Positions 58,264 through 64,000 of a DNA stretch of 64,000 nt are shown in pieces (the stretch's first letter is position 1; each line of letters starts with the position of its first letter). The notes under the pieces were generated by a model. That model searched no databases. It saw nothing but the letters and a program-made list of their open reading frames with translations, and was not told the origin of the DNA. The translations under genes and the position numbers were made by a program. The stretch is from Vicinamibacteria bacterium (GTDB taxonomy: Bacteria > Acidobacteriota > Vicinamibacteria > Fen-336), in contig JAMPXO010000011.1 in assembly GCA_023701125.1 (NCBI GenBank), forward strand, positions 1,218 to 65,217. Direction: 5' to 3'.

Positions 58264-60534
58264 ATGACCCGCCCCACTTCCGCCCCCGACGTGCCCCTGC
58301 TCGCGGCAGCTCTCGCCGAGGAGCGCAGCCTGCTCCTGGAGGCCGAGGTCTACGCCTTGCTCGCCTCGGCCGGCCTGGCGGTGCCGCGCCACCACGAGGT
58401 CCAGGCGGACTCCGACATCGACCGCGGCCTGTGCGAGGCACTCGGCACCGAGCAGGTGGTGCTGAAGGTCGTGTCGCCGGACCTGATGCACAAGAGCGAC
58501 GTGGGCGGCGTCGTGGTCTGCGAGAACACGCCGTCGGCGCTGCGCGAGGCCCGCTCCCGGATTCTCGCGGCCGTCTCCCGGGCTCGGCCGGAGGCCCGCA
58601 TCCGTGGTCTGCTGGCCTGCGAGAAGGTGGCCCACGCGGGCGGCCCCGGCCGCGAGCTGCTGGCCGGCTTCCGCCACGACCCGGCTTTCGGCCCGGTGGT
58701 CGTCCTCGGCGTCGGCGGTCTCGACGCCGAGGCGTTGATGAAGGCGCTGCTGCCCGAGCAGGCGCGCGCCGTGTTCCATGCCGAGGGCCTGGCCCGCGAC
58801 GTGGTGGCCGCCCGCCTGCGCCAGACCCTGTTCCACGGCTTCCTCACCGGCCGCATGCGCAGCGCGCGCGAGGGCGACAGCGTCGGCGAGGAGGCGCTGG
58901 TCGACCTGGTGATGGCACTCGGCTCGCTCGCCCGCCGCTACGCCTCGCTCGCACCCGACGCCGGTGTCGGCCTGGCCGAACTCGAGATCAACCCCGTCGT
59001 GCTCGCGCGGGACGGGCGACTGGTGGCGCTCGACGGCCTGGCCCGCGTGCACCACCCGCAGCCGTGCGCGCCGCCGCGGCCGCAGGAGGCGCTGGCCCGC
59101 CTGCTGCGCCCGCAGAGCGCCGTCGTGATCGGCGCCTCCGCCGAGGGCAGCAACGTCGGCCGCACCATCCTCCGCAACCTGCTCGCGGGCGGCGGCGTGC
59201 CGAAGGACAAGCTGTGGGCGATCCACCCGCGGGCGAAGGAGATCGACGGCTGCGCCGCGTTCGCCGATGCCAGCGCCTTGCCCGAGCGGCCGGATCTCGC
59301 GGTGGTCGCGCTGCCCGCGGACCGCGGCGCCGGCGAGGTCACGCTCGACCTCGTCTCCAAGGCTCGCGCCCGCTCGGTGACGTTGATCTCCGGCGGCTTC
59401 GCCGAGACCGAGGCCGGCCGCGGCATCGAGGCCGCCTTGCGCGCGGCCATCGAGCGCTCGCGCACGGACGCGGACGGCGGCGTCGTGGTCAACGGCGGCA
59501 ACTGTCTCGGCATCATCTCTGAGCCGGGGCGCTACAACACGTTCTTCATCCCCCGCTACAAGCTGCCCTTCCCCGACGCCCCGGTCCGCCACGTCGCCGC
59601 GATCAGCCAGTCCGGCGCCTACCTCGTGACGCTGATCTCCAACCTCGAGCGCGCGGTGCGACCGCGCTACGCCATCTCCTTCGGCAACCAGGTCGACCTC
59701 AGCGTCGCCGACTACCTCGAGCACCTGGCCGCGGACCCCGAGGTGCGCGTGTTCGCCGCCTACGTCGAGGGCTTCCGCCGCGGCGACGGCCTGCGCTTCC
59801 TCGACATCGCGCGCCGGCTGGAGGCCGAGGGCCGCACGGTGCTCCTCTACAAGGCCGGGCGCAGCGCCGAGGGCAGTGCCGCCGCCGCCTCCCACACGGC
59901 CGCCGCCGTGGGCGACTACGCCGTCAGCCGTGAGCTGTGCCGCGCCGCCGGCGTGATCGACTGCAACACCCTCAACATGTTCGAGGACTACCTGCTGACC
60001 TTCGCCTTCCTCGAGGGCCGGCAGGTGACGGGCCCGCGGGTGGCGATCCTCTCCAACGCGGGCTTCGAGTGCACGGCGGCCGCCGACCGCCTCTACGGCC
60101 TGGAGATCGCGAGCCTCGCGCCGGCGACGCTCGCGCGGCTGACGGCGCTGCTGCCCAAGGGCGTGATCGACGCCCACAACCCCGTCGACGCGACGCCGGT
60201 GACGCCCACCGATCGTTACGCCGCGCTGTTCGAAGCACTGCTCGCGGACGACGCCGTGGACGCCGTGGTGGTCGGCGGCGTGCCGGCGACGCCAGCCCTC
60301 GACGACCTGCCGGCGGGCCTCGGCCACGGCGAGGACATCCTGGGCGAGGACAGTCTGCCGCAGCGGCTGATCCGCATCTTCCGCGAGTCGCGCAAGCCGA
60401 TCGTGTTCTCGGTCGACGCGGGGCCGCTCTACGACCCATTCGCGCTCGCGATGCTGCGGGCGGGCCTGCCGACGTTCCGCAAGATCGACCGCGCCACCCG
60501 CGCGCTGGCGGCCTTCACCGGCGTTTTCCGCTAG
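58264..60534 (+). CDS. ADP-forming acetate--CoA ligase family protein (fused ATP-grasp + CoA-binding/ligase-CoA domains)
   Basis: 756 aa; ATP-grasp-like N-term (VVLKVVSPDLMHKSDVGGVVV), CoA-binding SAVVIGASAEGSNVGRTILRNL..., ligase-CoA region. Confidence 0.7.
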   Translation: MTRPTSAPDVPLLAAALAEERSLLLEAEVYALLASAGLAVPRHHEVQADSDIDRGLCEALGTEQVVLKVVSPDLMHKSDVGGVVVCENTPSALREARSRILAAVSRARPEARIRGLLACEKVAHAGGPGRELLAGFRHDPAFGPVVVLGVGGLDAEALMKALLPEQARAVFHAEGLARDVVAARLRQTLFHGFLTGRMRSAREGDSVGEEALVDLVMALGSLARRYASLAPDAGVGLAELEINPVVLARDGRLVALDGLARVHHPQPCAPPRPQEALARLLRPQSAVVIGASAEGSNVGRTILRNLLAGGGVPKDKLWAIHPRAKEIDGCAAFADASALPERPDLAVVALPADRGAGEVTLDLVSKARARSVTLISGGFAETEAGRGIEAALRAAIERSRTDADGGVVVNGGNCLGIISEPGRYNTFFIPRYKLPFPDAPVRHVAAISQSGAYLVTLISNLERAVRPRYAISFGNQVDLSVADYLEHLAADPEVRVFAAYVEGFRRGDGLRFLDIARRLEAEGRTVLLYKAGRSAEGSAAAASHTAAAVGDYAVSRELCRAAGVIDCNTLNMFEDYLLTFAFLEGRQVTGPRVAILSNAGFECTAAADRLYGLEIASLAPATLARLTALLPKGVIDAHNPVDATPVTPTDRYAALFEALLADDAVDAVVVGGVPATPALDDLPAGLGHGEDILGEDSLPQRLIRIFRESRKPIVFSVDAGPLYDPFALAMLRAGLPTFRKIDRATRALAAFTGVFR

Positions 60535-60671
60535 CCACGCCGCCGGACCACTCGACGCGGCGCACGGGTTCCAGCGCCGGGCGGGGCCCGTCGCCGGTCC
60601 CATGGGGGCGCCGTCGGCCTCTGGTCAAAGACCCCCGAAAGGTCCACAATCGCCTCGACACGGGAGCGGCG

Positions 60672-62867
60672 GTGGGTCGCAACAACCTTGCTGGTGACAT
60701 CTGGGGCGGCCTGGCGGCGACGCTGGTGGCGTTGCCCGCCTCGATCGCGTTCGGCGTCGCGGTCTACACGCCGCTGGGCGGCGCTGCGACCGCGCAGGGC
60801 GCGCTCGCCGGCCTGATCGGCGCGGCCGTCATCGGCATCGTCGCTCCGCTGGTGGGCGGCACCGCCCGCCTCGTCTCCGCCCCGTGCGCTCCCGCCGCCG
60901 CCGTGATGGGCGCCTTCTCGCTCGAGCTCGTCTCGCGCGGCCTGGAGCCCTCGCGGGTCATCCTGCTGATGATGATCGTCGCCCTGATTTCCGGCGGCCT
61001 GCAGGTGCTCTACGGCCTGCTCGGCGGCGGCACGCTGATCAAGTACATCCCTTACCCCGTCGTCACCGGCTACCTGAGCGGCGTCGGCGTCGTGATCTTC
61101 CTGAAGCAGATGCCCGGCCTGCTGGGCCTCGGCCCCGAGGTCAAGCTGGCCCACGCGCTGCGCGAGCCCGCGACGTGGAGCGCACCGGCGCTGGTGGTGG
61201 GCGCGGCCACCATGCTGTTCATGGTGCTGGCGCCGCGCTGGACGAAGACGGTGCCGCCCGCGATCATCGGCCTCGCCGGCGGCTGCGCGGCCTACTTCGC
61301 CCTCGCGTTCCGCGACCCGGCGCTGCTGGTGCTCGAGGGCAACCGGCTGCTGATCGGCCCGCTGGCCGGCTCCGGTGCGTCACCGCTCGAGGCGCTCACG
61401 GCGCGCCTCTCGGGCCTCTCCGGGTTCGCGGCTTCGGACCTCGGCCTGGTCGTGATGCCGGCGCTCACCCTCTCCGCGCTGCTGTCGATCGACACCCTGA
61501 AGACCTGCGTCGTGGTCGATGCGCTGACCCGCAGCCGCCACGACTCGAACCGCGAGATGCGCGGCCAGGGCGTCGCCAACGTGTCTGCGGCGCTGCTCGG
61601 CGGCATGCCCGGCGCGGGCACCTCGGGCCCCACCCTGGTCAACATCGCGAGCGGCGGCCACTCGCGTCTGTCGGGCCTGCTCGCGGGCGCCTTCGCGTTG
61701 ATCGCGTACCTGCTGCTGGCGCGGCTGGTGGCGTGGACGCCGCTGTCGGCGCTGGCCGGCATCCTGATCGTGGTCGCCTGGCGCATGTTCGACAAGGGCA
61801 GCTTCCGGCTGCTGCGGCAGCGCTCGACCATCCTCGACTTCTTCGTCGTCGCCAGCGTGATCGCGGTCGCCGTCGGCGTCGGCCTGATCGCCGCGTCCGG
61901 CACGGGCGTCGCGCTGGCGATCATGCTCTTCATCCGCGACCAGATCCGCGGCACCGTGATCCACCGCAAGGTCTACGGCAACCAGCTCTTCTCGCGCCAG
62001 CGCCGGCTGCCGGAGCAGCTCGAGGCGTTGAAGCGACGTGGCGGCGAGACGGTCGTCTGCGAGCTCGAGGGCAACCTGTTCTTCGGCACCACGGACCAGC
62101 TGCTGTCCGAGCTGGAGGCCGACCTGCGCACGAAGAAGACGATGATCCTCGACCTGCGCCGCGTGCGCTCGCTGGACCTGACGGCCGCCCACCTGCTCGA
62201 GCAGATGTCCTCCCAGCTCGAGGAGCGCCGCGGCCACCTGCTGTTCAGCAACGTGCCCAAGAGCCTGCCCTCCGGCCAGGACCTGCGCGCCTACTTCGAC
62301 GAGGTCGGCCTGGTGCGCCCGGAGAGCCACGTGCGGGTGTTCGGCCAGCTCTCCGACGCGCTGGAGTGGGCGGAGGACCAGGTCCTCGAGGAGGAGGGCC
62401 TGGTCACGCCGGACGAGGAGCCGCCACTCGAGGTCACCGACATCGACTTCATGAAGGGTCGCAAGCCGGAGACCGCGCGCCAGCTCGCGGAGGCGATGAT
62501 CGCCCGCAGCTACGCGGCCGGCGAGACCATCTTCCGCCAGGGCGACGCGGGCGACGAGATCTTCCTGGTCCGCCGCGGCACCGTGCGCATCGCGCTCCAG
62601 GTCGGCCCCGGCAAGGAGTTCCACGTCGCCACGTTCGGCCGCGGCGACTTCTTCGGCGACATGGCCTTCCTCGACCGCGGCATCCGCTCGGCGGACGCGC
62701 TGGCGCAGACGCCGACCGACCTGTTCGTGCTCTCGCGCGAGCGCTTCGACGCGCTGGCCGACAAGCACCCCCGCCTCGGCCAGCAGGTGCTGGGCGACCT
62801 GGCGCTGGCCCTGGCCCGCCGCCTGCGCCACGCCGACGCCGAGCTGCGCGTCCTCGAAGAGGCCTGA
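60672..62867 (+). CDS. SulP-family anion transporter with C-terminal STAS and cNMP-binding domains
   Basis: GTG start (no in-frame ATG); NNLAGDIWGGLAATLVALPASIAFGVA SulP N-term; STAS ...VVCELEGNLFFGTTDQL...; cNMP domain ...FRQGDAGDEIFLVRRGTVRI...FGRGDFFGDMAFL...RSADALA. Confidence 0.8.
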   Translation: MGRNNLAGDIWGGLAATLVALPASIAFGVAVYTPLGGAATAQGALAGLIGAAVIGIVAPLVGGTARLVSAPCAPAAAVMGAFSLELVSRGLEPSRVILLMMIVALISGGLQVLYGLLGGGTLIKYIPYPVVTGYLSGVGVVIFLKQMPGLLGLGPEVKLAHALREPATWSAPALVVGAATMLFMVLAPRWTKTVPPAIIGLAGGCAAYFALAFRDPALLVLEGNRLLIGPLAGSGASPLEALTARLSGLSGFAASDLGLVVMPALTLSALLSIDTLKTCVVVDALTRSRHDSNREMRGQGVANVSAALLGGMPGAGTSGPTLVNIASGGHSRLSGLLAGAFALIAYLLLARLVAWTPLSALAGILIVVAWRMFDKGSFRLLRQRSTILDFFVVASVIAVAVGVGLIAASGTGVALAIMLFIRDQIRGTVIHRKVYGNQLFSRQRRLPEQLEALKRRGGETVVCELEGNLFFGTTDQLLSELEADLRTKKTMILDLRRVRSLDLTAAHLLEQMSSQLEERRGHLLFSNVPKSLPSGQDLRAYFDEVGLVRPESHVRVFGQLSDALEWAEDQVLEEEGLVTPDEEPPLEVTDIDFMKGRKPETARQLAEAMIARSYAAGETIFRQGDAGDEIFLVRRGTVRIALQVGPGKEFHVATFGRGDFFGDMAFLDRGIRSADALAQTPTDLFVLSRERFDALADKHPRLGQQVLGDLALALARRLRHADAELRVLEEA

Positions 62868-62930
62868 GGCCGGCTTCGCGCGGGTCGTCCTGGCCGCGGC
62901 GCGGGCCTCGGGTATGCTCCGCGCCACGCG

Positions 62931-64000
62931 GTGCTCTTCAACTCGTTCGCCTTCCTGATCTTCTTCCCGCTGGTCGCGGGCTCCTACGCGGTGCTCGGGC
63001 CGCGGTCGCGCCGGCACCTGCTGCTCGCCGCCAGCTTCCTCTTCTACGGCTGGTGGGACTGGCGCTTCCTCGGCCTGATGGTCGGCACCGCGCTGGTCGA
63101 CTTCTTCGTCGCCCTCGCGCTGCAGGGCGAAGAGCGCCCCGGGCGGCGGCGCGGCCTGCTGTGGCTCAGCCTGGTCTCGAACCTGGGAGTGCTGGCCGCG
63201 TTCAAGTACTTCGGGTTCTTCGTCGACTCCGCGCTCTCGCTGGCGAGCGCGCTCGGCGTGGCCGCCAGCCGGCCGACGCTCGACATCGTGCTGCCCGTCG
63301 GCATCTCCTTCTACACGTTCCAGGCGCTGTCCTACACGATCGACGTCTATCGCCGAGGCCTGCCGGCCTGTCGCAGCGTGGAGCAGTACCTGCTCTACAT
63401 CTCGTTCTTCCCCCAACTCGTCGCGGGCCCGATCGAGCGCGCCACCCGCCTGCTGCCCCAGCTCGAGCAGCTGCGCGCGCCGACCCGCGGCGACGTGCGC
63501 GCCGGCATCGAGCTGATGGTGATCGGCTTCTTCAAGAAGGTCGCGGTCGCGGACGTGATCGCGCCGCTGGTCGACCTGCGGTTCCAGGACCCGACGGCCT
63601 TCGCACCGGTGGACCTGCTGCTCGCCGTCTACCTGTTCTCGCTGCAGATCTACTGCGACTTCTCGGGCTACTCCGACATCGCCCGCGGCGCGGCCCGCTT
63701 CTTCGGCATCGACCTGATGCAGAACTTCGCCCAGCCCTACGGGGCCACCGACATCGCCGCCTTCTGGCGGCGCTGGCACATTTCGCTTTCCGGCTGGCTG
63801 CGGGACTACCTCTATATCCCGCTCGGCGGCAACCGACTCGGGTCCGCTGCCACGTACCGCAACCTGCTGCTGACGATGCTGCTGGGCGGCCTGTGGCACG
63901 GGGCGAACTGGACGTTCGTGATCTGGGGCGGCCTCCACGGCCTCTACCTGTGCGCGCACCGAATCTGGAACGAGCGGCGCGGGCCGCGAACCGGCTCGCC
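62931..64000 (+). CDS. MBOAT-family membrane O-acyltransferase (AlgI/DltB-like), 3'-partial
   Basis: GTG start; VLFNSFAFLIFFPLV..., ...FWRRWHISLSGWLRDYLYIPLGGNR (MBOAT His motif); runs off window end. Confidence 0.8.
   Translation, partial: MLFNSFAFLIFFPLVAGSYAVLGPRSRRHLLLAASFLFYGWWDWRFLGLMVGTALVDFFVALALQGEERPGRRRGLLWLSLVSNLGVLAAFKYFGFFVDSALSLASALGVAASRPTLDIVLPVGISFYTFQALSYTIDVYRRGLPACRSVEQYLLYISFFPQLVAGPIERATRLLPQLEQLRAPTRGDVRAGIELMVIGFFKKVAVADVIAPLVDLRFQDPTAFAPVDLLLAVYLFSLQIYCDFSGYSDIARGAARFFGIDLMQNFAQPYGATDIAAFWRRWHISLSGWLRDYLYIPLGGNRLGSAATYRNLLLTMLLGGLWHGANWTFVIWGGLHGLYLCAHRIWNERRGPRTGS

Noticed and set aside
61380-63959. 859-aa minus-strand ORF opposite the SulP and MBOAT genes
   Set aside because: Arg/Ala/Gly/Pro-rich translation with no family similarity. 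It is antisense to two well-supported conserved genes, which is a typical high-GC artefact.

Overview
This 64 kb window is about 72% GC and gene-dense, with roughly 60 protein-coding genes and 2 tRNAs. I found no rRNA, CRISPR array, transposase, integrase or phage genes. It reads as chromosomal core DNA from a high-GC diderm bacterium (BamD, LolA, SppA, YfgM, AmpG and a GT9 heptosyltransferase are all present). Because of the GC content, every frame carries long Arg/Ala/Gly/Pro-rich ORFs. I called genes only where the translation matches a conserved protein family. Some coordinates were derived by counting residues from ORF-track ends and may be off by one or two nucleotides.

Layout, 5' to 3':
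- minus strand: a LeuD/LeuC-like fusion (partial), leuB, two small membrane proteins, and a large PilT-type ATPase carrying cNMP-binding, GspE_N and PDZ domains
- plus strand: SpoIVB-like S55 peptidase, secreted beta-propeller protein, GT9 glycosyltransferase
- minus strand: anti-sigma, ECF sigma, ampG, a sigma54 activator
- plus strand: aroC, def, fmt, rsmB, PASTA-only protein, rpe, thioesterase, epimerase, bamD, LysM protein
- minus strand: pgsA, UDP-sugar dehydrogenase; plus strand: NDP-sugar pyrophosphorylase, phosphomannomutase
- plus strand: tRNA-Gly, bactofilin, hrcA, grpE, dnaK, dnaJ, prmA, rsmE
- pta (minus); Ser/Thr kinase, pilT, recX, alaS, lytic transglycosylase, TPR-AIM24 protein (plus)
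- a long minus-strand run: radical SAM, LolA-like, 48-aa peptide, ABC ATPase, lipoprotein, rtcA, hypothetical, tdk, efp, GHMP kinase, DASS transporter
- a Zn-ribbon/TPR/HExxH protein (plus)
- minus strand: sppA, yfgM-like, tRNA-Arg, apt, acyP, LEA-like lipoprotein
- plus strand: ADP-forming acetate-CoA ligase, SulP-STAS-cNMP transporter, MBOAT (partial)

The most unusual items are:
- a translationally coupled cassette of lipoprotein, orphan LolD-like ATPase, 48-aa peptide, LolA-like protein and radical SAM enzyme
- two cNMP-sensor fusions (PilT-type ATPase and SulP transporter)
- a LeuD-to-LeuC order-swapped fusion
- a kinase-less PASTA protein sitting in the prkC slot
- a genome-wide habit of GTGA/ATGA 4-nt gene overlaps
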